Of a DNA stretch of 64,000 bases, positions 8,555 to 16,484 are shown one piece after another (positions within the stretch are counted from its first letter, which is position 1; each line of letters opens with the position of its first letter). This stretch comes from an uncultured Candidatus Saccharibacteria bacterium (GTDB taxonomy: Bacteria; Patescibacteriota; Minisyncoccia; Phycocordibacterales; UBA9973). The notes beneath the pieces were generated by a model that was not told the origin of the DNA, did no database searches, and was given only the letters and a program-made list of their open reading frames with translations. Where the stretch lies: positions 3,394-67,393 of the forward strand of contig CAZQAW010000002.1 of NCBI GenBank assembly GCA_964591445.1, read 5' to 3'. The position numbers and the translations under genes were made by a program.

Positions 8555-9136
8555 ATGATATCCAAACTTACCGGCCCTATCGCCCACGTAGATGAGAAGT
8601 TCATCGTTGTAAATGTCGGCGGCGTCGGCTACAAAGTTTTCATCACAACAGACTTGATGGGCAAGATTATCGGCAACGATGTACGCCAAGCCGAAGTCTG
8701 GACACACTTAGCCGTGCGAGAAAACGCTCTTGATCTTTTTGGATTCGAAGACATATCTGAACTTCGATTTTTTGAAATGCTGATCGACATTTCGGGCATC
8801 GGCCCGCGCTCTGCCCTTTCCATCATCTCTATCGCGCCGATCGATACTTTGAAACGCGCGATTGGTTCTGGCGACACATCTTACCTTACCAAAATTTCCG
8901 GCATCGGCAGAAAAACTGCAGAGAAAATCGTCATCGAACTTCGAGATAAGCTTTCCGCGCTCGGCCACAAGAGCGAAGTTGGCGAACACAAAGCTGAGCT
9001 CGACGCACTCGAAGCACTCAAGTCTCTTGGCTATTCTCAAAACGAAGCTCGAGACGCACTCAAAGATTTGGATCCGTCAGTCACAACAACGAATGCCAGA
9101 ATCAAAGAAGCACTCAAAATTTTGGGAGGGAAATAA
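8555..9136 (+). CDS. ruvA: Holliday junction branch migration protein RuvA
   Basis: MISKLTG...VGGVGY...VRENALDLFGF...ISGIGPRSAL...GIGRKTAEKIVIELRDK...ALKSLGYS. Confidence 0.97.
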   Translation: MISKLTGPIAHVDEKFIVVNVGGVGYKVFITTDLMGKIIGNDVRQAEVWTHLAVRENALDLFGFEDISELRFFEMLIDISGIGPRSALSIISIAPIDTLKRAIGSGDTSYLTKISGIGRKTAEKIVIELRDKLSALGHKSEVGEHKAELDALEALKSLGYSQNEARDALKDLDPSVTTTNARIKEALKILGGK

Positions 9137-9162
9137 AAAAATCCCCGAACGGGGATTTTTTT
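9135..9162. terminator. Bidirectional intrinsic terminator
   Basis: AAAAAAATCCCC-gaac-GGGGATTTTTTT. Confidence 0.85.
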
Positions 9163-9164
9163 AT

Positions 9165-9434
9165 TTATTCATTCTGTAGTTGATCAATCATTGATTTTTC
9201 TTCTTTCAATACATCGTTGAGTAGTGTTTCGTCATGCATTTTGAACGCTTTGTTTTTCTTGTCGTAGTTTGACCAAAGGAAATTTAAAAAGTTTGGGTCT
9301 TCTTTTGCCATTTCCAAAATATCGATCAGATATCGTCCAGGCATACGCCCTAAGAAACCAATAAATTCTTCTTGGTTTTCAGGCGAGAGCGCAGAAAGCG
9401 CGAGTTCTTGTTTTAGTAGTTCAAGTGGAGACAT
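9165..9434 (-). CDS. Hypothetical helical protein
   Basis: 89-aa ORF ending at a terminator; no recognised motif. Confidence 0.6.
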   Translation of the reverse strand: MSPLELLKQELALSALSPENQEEFIGFLGRMPGRYLIDILEMAKEDPNFLNFLWSNYDKKNKAFKMHDETLLNDVLKEEKSMIDQLQNE

Positions 9435-9438
9435 AAAA

Positions 9439-9582
9439 TTAGAATCCGATTGTTTCAGAAAAATTTTTCAGAATACCAAAAAGCTTTTGCTGCTTTGCAT
9501 TCAAGTCTTTTAACTCAATACTTGAGTAATGTGCGCTCACAGGAGCTTTTCCGAAAGATTCATTCGTTGGCATTTGTTCCAT
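9439..9582 (-). CDS. Small hypothetical protein (47 aa, below the ORF-track cutoff)
   Basis: MEQMPTNESFGKAPVSAHYSSIELKDLNAKQQKLFGILKNFSETIGF*; stops 4 nt before the next ATG and has a promoter-like motif upstream. Confidence 0.5.
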   Translation of the reverse strand: MEQMPTNESFGKAPVSAHYSSIELKDLNAKQQKLFGILKNFSETIGF

Positions 9583-9660
9583 ATAGCTCAATAATAATAT
9601 GCCAGGCATACAAAGTGCAAGTTATTTGCTCTTCCTCGATAAAACATATAAGCTGTCAAT

Positions 9661-10614
9661 ATGCCAGAACTCCCAGAAGTGCACACAACCGTGTCCGGAC
9701 TCCAAGACGTGCTTCCCTATCTTTTTATCAAAGACGTATGGACGGATTTGACCACAACAGACAAGCGAAATACCGACTCAGTAAAGCATCCGGCTTATTT
9801 TGAATACTTTAAAAAAGAAGTTACTGGAAAAAGAATTGAGAATGTGTCTCGCCGTGGGAAAAATATTTTGATCAAAATTGAAGGCGGTAAGACCATTCTC
9901 ATTCACATGAAAATGACAGGTCATTTGCTTTTTGGACGTTACGACTATAATGCAAAAGAAAATACATGGTTCCCGCATGACGAAGAACCAAACCAAGCGC
10001 TTCGCGACCCATTTAATAAATATGTACACGTGGTGTTTACTTTAAAAGACCCGAAAAAGTCTGGCGCCAAAAGCGAAGTGCATTTGGCGTTTTCTGACTC
10101 GCGCAAGTTCGGGAAAATGACTTTGCTTGAAACCAGTGAACTAGAATCAACATTACACTTGTCTCATATTGGGCCAGAGCCGCTTGAAGAAAGTTTTACA
10201 GTGGCAAAAATGATAGAGCGACTCGCGACAAAACCAAACGGCAAAATCAAAAGCGTACTTATGGATCAAACGGTCATCGCCGGCATCGGCAATATTTATT
10301 CGGACGAAATACTTTGGGAAGCCGGCATTCACCCCGAGGAATGCGTAAAAGATATTCCACTTCCCCTTTTCTCTCTTATGTTCAAAGCAATGAAAGCAAC
10401 GCTTTCACGAGGAATTGATTTCGGTGGAGACTCGATGAGCGACTACAGAAATATTTATGGCGAACCGGGGAAATTTCAAAACGAACACAATGTATATCGC
10501 CGCACGGGAAAGCCTTGCAAGAAAAAAGATGGCGGCACTATTGTTCGCAAAGTTGTCGGCGGACGAAGTGCGCACTTTTGCGACATGCACCAAAAACTTA
10601 TAAAGCAAAAGTAG
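9661..10614 (+). CDS. mutM: Formamidopyrimidine-DNA glycosylase
   Basis: MPELPEV, RRGKNILI, HMKMTG, DSRKFG, IAGIGNIYSDEILW and a C-terminal finger. Confidence 0.97.
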   Translation: MPELPEVHTTVSGLQDVLPYLFIKDVWTDLTTTDKRNTDSVKHPAYFEYFKKEVTGKRIENVSRRGKNILIKIEGGKTILIHMKMTGHLLFGRYDYNAKENTWFPHDEEPNQALRDPFNKYVHVVFTLKDPKKSGAKSEVHLAFSDSRKFGKMTLLETSELESTLHLSHIGPEPLEESFTVAKMIERLATKPNGKIKSVLMDQTVIAGIGNIYSDEILWEAGIHPEECVKDIPLPLFSLMFKAMKATLSRGIDFGGDSMSDYRNIYGEPGKFQNEHNVYRRTGKPCKKKDGGTIVRKVVGGRSAHFCDMHQKLIKQK

Positions 10615-10653
10615 TTCACAAGACTTTTTTCGTATCTTTTATATAATAAAGAC

Positions 10654-11232
10654 ATGGATGATCTCAAATGGTTTATCGCAGTGATGGGGCTACTCTTTGT
10701 CGGGTGGCTTGTTTCTGGCGGGCCAACACGTTACAGCTCGACAAAGCCTTTTATCCGGCCACCGCAACCTTTGGACACTGGCGAAGTGTACGGGCCAAGT
10801 AATCCGTTCTCTTTCTTCCAACCTGCACCAGTTATCCAGCCGACATACCCAGATGGTTGGCAGCAAGTGAACACGCAATATTTTACGTTCTACACACCAG
10901 ACGGTTGGCGCGTGCGAGAAATCAATTCGGACGACACGTATCGCGGGGAAATAACAAACGGAAACACTGTCATCACTTTTGATTTTGGAAAAGACACAAA
11001 CCCGCTCAGCTTTGAAGGCAATCCGCGCTACACAATCAACCACGAAGATATTGGCACATATGATGCAAAGATCGTCGTGCCTGCCGGCGGAACAAGTGGC
11101 ACAACCGGAGCTTACTACAAAAAACTTTTCAAAAAATACACACTCACGATGACCGGAGAAAATCTGACTAAAAAAGAACAGACAACTGCGCTCACTATTT
11201 TCCGATCTGTGCGATTTAAAATCGTACGCTAA
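10654..11232 (+). CDS. Membrane-anchored hypothetical protein (possible PsbP-like domain)
   Basis: N-terminal TM, Pro-rich linker, FTFYTPDGW...IFRSVRF. Confidence 0.55.
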   Translation: MDDLKWFIAVMGLLFVGWLVSGGPTRYSSTKPFIRPPQPLDTGEVYGPSNPFSFFQPAPVIQPTYPDGWQQVNTQYFTFYTPDGWRVREINSDDTYRGEITNGNTVITFDFGKDTNPLSFEGNPRYTINHEDIGTYDAKIVVPAGGTSGTTGAYYKKLFKKYTLTMTGENLTKKEQTTALTIFRSVRFKIVR

Positions 11233-11726
11233 ATATTCAAAATTCGAAACACAGCAATTCCAAAAGCTGTTGCGACATTCAACGATTCTTTCTTCCCTTT
11301 CATTGGGATCTCGGCAACAACGTCGACAAGTTCCAAAATATTCTGCGGCAAACCTTCAACTTCGTTGCCGACAAGAAATGCGATTTTATTCCAGTAAGAG
11401 GCTGGTCCGCCTTGGGCGGATATTTTTTTGTAATCAATGGAATTTTCTGACTGTTCGATTGCAATGATTGTAAAATCTTCTTGCTTTAATTTTTGAAGAA
11501 GTGGTGGAAGTGTTGCGCTGTGCGTCCAAGGAATTTCTTTTTCTGCGCCAAGAGCAGTTTTTGCAATATCTTTTCGTGGACGAAGAAATCGATCCAGAGG
11601 GTCCGGAGTATAACCGACTAAATGTATATGCGAAATTCCCGCCGCGTCAGCAGTTCGAAACATCGCACCAACATTTTCGGCGCTCCTAATATTGAAGAGA
11701 ATCGCACACGACTCTTGAGATTTCAT
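11229..11726 (-). CDS. TrmH/SpoU-family RNA 2'-O-methyltransferase
   Basis: NIRSAENVGAMFRTADA, GNEVEGL and IPMKGKKESLNVA SPOUT motifs. Confidence 0.93.
   Translation of the reverse strand: MKSQESCAILFNIRSAENVGAMFRTADAAGISHIHLVGYTPDPLDRFLRPRKDIAKTALGAEKEIPWTHSATLPPLLQKLKQEDFTIIAIEQSENSIDYKKISAQGGPASYWNKIAFLVGNEVEGLPQNILELVDVVAEIPMKGKKESLNVATAFGIAVFRILNI
11391..11420. repeat. Double-hairpin mini-element (family C) in frame inside the TrmH gene
   Basis: CCAG-taagagg-CTGG followed by TCCGCC-ttg-GGCGGA; encodes SAQGGPASYW. Confidence 0.65.
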
Positions 11727-11729
11727 TTG

Positions 11730-11802
11730 TCCGCTCGGTAGGAATCGAACCTACGACCATCTCCTTAAAAGGGAGCTGCTCTACCAACTGAGCTACGAGC
11801 GG
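11730..11802 (-). tRNA. tRNA-Lys (anticodon TTT)
   Basis: Minus strand reads CCGCTCG-TA-GCTCAGTTGGTAGAGC...CTTTTAA...GTAGG-TTCGATT-CCTAC-CGAGCGG-A. Confidence 0.95.
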
Positions 11803-11889
11803 AAATAACTATAATTTAGGTACACTTCAAAATACCATAACAACCCTTAAAAATCAACTTTTTCCTATAGGAAACGAGACTTTTCTGGT

Positions 11890-11938
11890 TTATCCACATG
11901 GCGAGACTTTACACTTTGCATAGACGTAGTACAATAAA
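11890..11938 (+). promoter_or_regulatory. Perfect DnaA box followed by a promoter-like motif
   Basis: TTATCCACA (11890-11898), then AGACTTTACACTTTGCATAGACGTAGTACAAT; a near-copy lies on the minus strand at 24764-24798. Confidence 0.55.
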
Positions 11939-12164
11939 TCTAAATCAGGTTTGTTACAAATTAAAAGTGATCCTCTTGAGGAATTATATTCGTAATTGAG
12001 TAACGGGCCTCAAAGATTTATTATATTAGTTCTTTACACGAGACTGTTCGTTTAAAAAATAAATATGGTAGGGGTATACAAAGTGAAAGGCCATCGGCAT
12101 GAAGCGTAATGAAAATTAAGCTCTATACCGATGGCCTTTTTTCTTTATGCAAAAATTCTGGTTG

Positions 12165-12893
12165 TTACAAAACAGAAAGCACGAATTGTTCAAGCGCTAT
12201 CTGCGAGTCGCTTCCCTGCCTTCGGCTTTCATACAACACGCTTGCGAGTTTGGAAGACATATTTTCAAGTTCTTCTTCGCTAAATTTTTTTGCAGCAGCT
12301 TCAGCTTTTTTGTGAACGAATGGATTGAGTCCGAGCGTTGTCGCGCTTATGCCCTCGCTTTTTTTTACGAGCAACATATTCTTCATTTGCCAGAAAAGTA
12401 TGCCATGAAGTTCTTCTGCAGATTTTCCATTGCGCCACGCTTTTGCAATGTGCACCCACGATTCTTTTTTGTCGCGCATGCCAAACGCATCGGTAAGCCC
12501 AAAGACGTTGAATTCTTTTTTGCCGTATTTTGAAACTGGCGTTTCAAACTGCTCGACATCTTCTGCCACTTTTTTCAACTTCATTAATGGATCTTTCAAA
12601 AGTGATCTTTCAGAAATGACGAGCACGTTTTCGCTTTCTTTGAGTTCTTTCAGGTGAGAAAAAATATATTCACTCACTTCCGCATTTTCAAGTCCGCGTT
12701 CGAGCACAATGACATGCTTTGCACCGAACAAAGATGATGTAGTCATGTAGTCATTCAAAACAGAAACGTCGACGTCGACGTCGACGTCGTTCATAGAAAC
12801 AACTGTGTATTCTTTTTTAAGATACGCTTCAACAACTTTGTCGCACGCACTGTGGCGCTTTACATTGTTGTCGCCAAAATACACGTAGATCAT
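12165..12893 (-). CDS. holA: DNA polymerase III delta subunit-like (short HolA)
   Basis: MIYVYFGD...SSLFGAKHVIVL...FNVFGLTDA...LGLNPFVHKKA...ALEQFVL. Confidence 0.8.
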   Translation of the reverse strand: MIYVYFGDNNVKRHSACDKVVEAYLKKEYTVVSMNDVDVDVDVSVLNDYMTTSSLFGAKHVIVLERGLENAEVSEYIFSHLKELKESENVLVISERSLLKDPLMKLKKVAEDVEQFETPVSKYGKKEFNVFGLTDAFGMRDKKESWVHIAKAWRNGKSAEELHGILFWQMKNMLLVKKSEGISATTLGLNPFVHKKAEAAAKKFSEEELENMSSKLASVLYESRRQGSDSQIALEQFVLSVL

Positions 12894-13372
12894 ATGCGGA
12901 CTTTTTTCTTATATGCTTTGTAGGTGTCGCCATATTTTTCTTCGAGCATTTTTTCTTGCTTCATGACAAACGTGATGCGCGTGATAATGAATACCGCAAT
13001 CGCAATAAGCGTGATCGGCAAAGAGTCTGAAAGAAATCCGTATGAAATAAGAAGGAGTGCGAGACCAACATGCGTCGGGCTGCGAAAAATTTTGTACGGA
13101 CCTTGGTGAAAGTGCGCGACATCGTGTTTGGTATCTGGATGGTTGCGGGCGTGAGCTGTGCGCTTTGAAGTCATTTGCGCCCAAACGATAATCGCCGTTC
13201 CTAAAAAAAGAATGAATGCGCCCCACATATGTGCGCCTTTCATCAACAGACTTGCCGGAAAAAGCTGATCTACTAAAACACCGACGACAAAACCAGCCAA
13301 ATAGACCGTATAAGAAGTTGCTAATACGCCATGCACATTTGAAGTAAGTTTTTTCTGTGGTGTTTCGTTCAT
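12890..13372 (-). CDS. Isoprenylcysteine carboxyl methyltransferase/PEMT-family membrane protein
   Basis: GPYKIFRSPTHVG...QEKMLEEKYGDTYKAYKKKV. Confidence 0.8.
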   Translation of the reverse strand: MNETPQKKLTSNVHGVLATSYTVYLAGFVVGVLVDQLFPASLLMKGAHMWGAFILFLGTAIIVWAQMTSKRTAHARNHPDTKHDVAHFHQGPYKIFRSPTHVGLALLLISYGFLSDSLPITLIAIAVFIITRITFVMKQEKMLEEKYGDTYKAYKKKVRI

Positions 13373-13389
13373 ACTACAATCGTATCATA

Positions 13390-15807
13390 TTATTTCACCT
13401 CCCCCCAATTCTCCCCTGCGCCATAGTGCACCTCAAGCGGCACGTCGGTTTTGTAATGAAGATAGGATTCAGAAAGCACTTGCTCCATCGCAGTTTGGAT
13501 AAGCTCGCTCGCTTTTTTCACGTCTTTTTCTTCAATTTCATAAATAAGTTCGTCGTGAATCTGAAGGATGAGCCGCGCACTTTCTCCGAGGCCAGCTTTT
13601 GAAAGCGCTTGGTCGGCGTGCAAAATTGCAAGTTTAATGATATCGGCAGCTGTTCCTTGAAGCGGCGCATTGGTCGCAGTTCGCTCAGCCATTGCTCGAA
13701 TAAATGGGATTTTTGAATTGATATTTGGGAAATGTCTTTTACGGCCGAACAATGTTTCCGTATAGCCGTGCTGTAGCGCAAACGCTTTTACTTCATCCAA
13801 ATATTCGCGCACACGGGCAAATTCTTTGAAATAATTCGTATAGAAAATCTGCGCTTCTTCGCGAGATGAATTCAAATTCTTCTTGAGCGCCGAAACTCCC
13901 ATACCATAAATGATGCCGAAATTGATCACTTTTGCCCGTCGTCGCATTTCAGAATCGACTTTATTTTCCGGAACACCGAAGACTTTCGACGCAACAGACG
14001 CGTGAACGTCTTTGCCTTCTTTGAAAACGTTGATCAAAAATGGATCGCCGGAGAGCATTGCCACAACACGAAGCTCTATCTGCGAATAATCAAACGCGAC
14101 AAGCTTTGCTCCAGCACCTGCTTTAAAACCGCTTCGTATTGCCTTGCCGAGTTCGCTTTTGATGGGGATATTTTGCAAGTTCGGATTGTTCGAAGAAAAT
14201 CGTCCCGTCGCTGCACCATTTTGAGAAAAGGTGGAATGTAGTCTTCCATCAACGCCCACTAAATCTGGGATCACATCTATATACGTCGAGAGTAATTTCT
14301 GCAGTTCGCGATATTTGATGATTTCAGAAATGATCGGATTTCCTTCTTCGAGTTCTTCAAGCACTTCGATCTTCGTTGAAAATGTTCCGCTCGCACCGCG
14401 CTTCCCTTTTGTTTTCAAACCCATTTTGTCAAAAAGAATTTCTGAAAGTTGTTTTGGTGAATTCAAATTAAATTCCGTGCCGGCAAGTTTGTAAATAGTT
14501 TTTGTAATTGCATCCAGCTTTGCATGATAATCTTTTGAAAGTTTCTTGAAAAAGTCCTGATCGACGAGCAACCCCTTCTCTTCCATGCGACGAACAATCG
14601 GCATGATCGGCTTTTCAATTTCATCAAACACTGTTTGCAACCCCGCATCTTTTTTGAGCTTTTCAAAAATCACTTCCCGCGCTTTAGCAAAAGAATCCGT
14701 CCGCGCAAAATGCACAATGTCTTCAAGCGTCGGGTTCGTCATGTCAGAATTTAAAAGCGAAAGCGCAATACCTGTCTCAATCAACGCTTCTTTGCCGACT
14801 TCTTCATCGACAGAAATGCCCTTCAACGCCGCGTCTTCGGCTTGGTCTGCCACTGCCTCTCCACCGCCAAAGATAGATTTTACTCGCGCGTACAAACTTC
14901 GAAATTCAAGTTCAGTGAAAAGTGTTTCGATTTTTTTCATATCAAATGCATCACGAAAACTTTGTTCCGGAAGTTTGAAATCAATCGGCGCGTCTCGGCG
15001 AATGGTCGCAAGTGTTTTAGAAAACAAAGCTTCTTCTTCTCCGTCTTCGAGAAGCTTGATAATGCGGTCCGTCATGCCGGCTTTTTTGAAAGCGTCTTTG
15101 TCTTTTTTTAAAGCTTTGTACATTTGTTCGATAGTACCGAAAGTTGTGATGAGCGTTGTCGCAGTTTTTTCGCCAATGCCTTTGATGCCGATGATGTTAT
15201 CAGATGGATCACCGCGAAGACCTTTGTAGTCGGGCAGTAGTTCCGGCTTGAAACCAAATCGCGCAAGCACGGCGGCTTCGTCATATACTATTGTGTCCGT
15301 AATTCCCTTCTTCAAAGTAAACACCTGCACTTTTTTCTTGTCGACAAGTTGAAGCGTATCCATGTCTCCCGACGCAATGATGATTTCCAATTCTTTATCA
15401 CCCTTCATTTCTTCGACAACAGTTCCTAGCACATCGTCGGCTTCAAAACCTTCTTTTGCATAAACTGGAATTCCAAATGCTTCAAACACTTTTCGAGAAC
15501 CTTTAATTTGCGAAATCAGAGCGTCGTCTATTTTTACCCGAGTTCCTTTGTAGCCATCGTACGCTTCGTGACGGAAAGTCTTTTTCGGCAAGTCAAAAGC
15601 CGCGACAATGTAGTCGGGCTTGAGGTCGGTAATGATACGAATGAGCATTGTAGAGAGTCCGTAGAGCGCGCCTGTCGGCTCACCTTTTGAAGACATGAAG
15701 TCCGGCAAGGCATGATAAGCCCGATGAATAATGGCATGCGAATCAAGCAAAACCAGGCGTTTTACCCTGAGCGAAGAAGGGTTTTTAGAAGTCTTTACGG
15801 TTGCCAT
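13390..15807 (-). CDS. polA: DNA polymerase I (5'-3' exonuclease plus polymerase; 3'-5' exonuclease domain reduced)
   Basis: LLDSHAIIHRAYHA, EADD, GDPSDNI, TGRFSSNNPNLQNIP, DYSQIELR, AKVINFGIIYG, QIHDEL. Confidence 0.97.
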   Translation of the reverse strand: MATVKTSKNPSSLRVKRLVLLDSHAIIHRAYHALPDFMSSKGEPTGALYGLSTMLIRIITDLKPDYIVAAFDLPKKTFRHEAYDGYKGTRVKIDDALISQIKGSRKVFEAFGIPVYAKEGFEADDVLGTVVEEMKGDKELEIIIASGDMDTLQLVDKKKVQVFTLKKGITDTIVYDEAAVLARFGFKPELLPDYKGLRGDPSDNIIGIKGIGEKTATTLITTFGTIEQMYKALKKDKDAFKKAGMTDRIIKLLEDGEEEALFSKTLATIRRDAPIDFKLPEQSFRDAFDMKKIETLFTELEFRSLYARVKSIFGGGEAVADQAEDAALKGISVDEEVGKEALIETGIALSLLNSDMTNPTLEDIVHFARTDSFAKAREVIFEKLKKDAGLQTVFDEIEKPIMPIVRRMEEKGLLVDQDFFKKLSKDYHAKLDAITKTIYKLAGTEFNLNSPKQLSEILFDKMGLKTKGKRGASGTFSTKIEVLEELEEGNPIISEIIKYRELQKLLSTYIDVIPDLVGVDGRLHSTFSQNGAATGRFSSNNPNLQNIPIKSELGKAIRSGFKAGAGAKLVAFDYSQIELRVVAMLSGDPFLINVFKEGKDVHASVASKVFGVPENKVDSEMRRRAKVINFGIIYGMGVSALKKNLNSSREEAQIFYTNYFKEFARVREYLDEVKAFALQHGYTETLFGRKRHFPNINSKIPFIRAMAERTATNAPLQGTAADIIKLAILHADQALSKAGLGESARLILQIHDELIYEIEEKDVKKASELIQTAMEQVLSESYLHYKTDVPLEVHYGAGENWGEVK

Positions 15808-15826
15808 ATAGGCTTAGTATAGCATT

Positions 15827-16294
15827 TTAAGAGATCTCAATCTCGCGAATAGATTCTTCTTTGTGAGACAAGTTTACCTTGATTGCATCAGACGGAATGA
15901 GTCCTGGAACCTGTTCTGGCCATTCGATCAGAATAAGATTTTTTGGATCAGACATGATTTCTTGCCAGCCGAGTTTTTCTAATTCTGTTTTGGAGCTTAA
16001 GCGGTATGCATCTATATGGATGAGTTTTGTGAATTGCCCCCTCTCCTGGCTAGGAGAGGGTTGGGGTGAGGTTGGTGGAAGATTATAGAACTTCATAATT
16101 ACAAACGTTGGTGAGACGAGATGTTCTTTTACGCCAAGCTCTCGCGCGATTGCTTGCGTGAACGTTGTCTTCCCTGCGCCAAGGTCTCCGGAAAGTGCAA
16201 CAACAGCCGCGCCGGTAAACCGGCGCGGCTTCACTGCTTCCAGCACTTCTTCCGCAACAGATTGTATTTCAGGTAGCTCAAAACTTCGTTTCAT
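15827..16294 (-). CDS. tsaE: tRNA t6A biosynthesis ATPase TsaE
   Basis: LSGDLGAGKTTF, SPTF, HIDAYRL, IEWPE. Confidence 0.96.
   Translation of the reverse strand: MKRSFELPEIQSVAEEVLEAVKPRRFTGAAVVALSGDLGAGKTTFTQAIARELGVKEHLVSPTFVIMKFYNLPPTSPQPSPSQERGQFTKLIHIDAYRLSSKTELEKLGWQEIMSDPKNLILIEWPEQVPGLIPSDAIKVNLSHKEESIREIEIS
16039..16074. repeat. REP-like palindromic element (family A) in frame inside tsaE
   Basis: CCCTCTCCTGGCTAGGAGAGGGTTGGGGTGAGGTTG encodes TSPQPSPSQER; near-identical to the intergenic copy at 43831-43879. Confidence 0.85.
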
Positions 16295-16313
16295 GCGGAG
16301 ACTTTAGCATAAA

Positions 16314-16422
16314 GAAAAGAAAGAAACTAGTTGGAAAAGCCTTGCGGAGGCTGTCGAGCCGAGCAGGCTACATTTTCAGCAGAAAATGATAGCTTGCTTT
16401 TCCAGCTAGTTTCTTTCTTTTC
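16314..16422 (+). repeat. Conserved-core element with locus-specific inverted arms (family D, copy 1)
   Basis: 27-bp arms (1 mismatch) around CTTGCGGAGGCTGTCGAGCCGAGCAGGCTACATTTTCAGCAGAAAATGATAGCTT. Confidence 0.85.
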
Positions 16423-16484
16423 CGACACAAAACAAAAGCCCCCGGTAGGGGGCTTTTGTACATGCGACTGCGCTTCTTTCACTT

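Noticed and set aside
12109-12315. 68-aa plus-strand ORF
   Set aside because: It crosses a terminator hairpin and runs antisense into holA; no motif.
13390-15807. polA as a truncated pseudogene
   Set aside because: The frame is intact with all 5'-exonuclease and polymerase motifs; a reduced proofreading domain is common in bacterial PolA.
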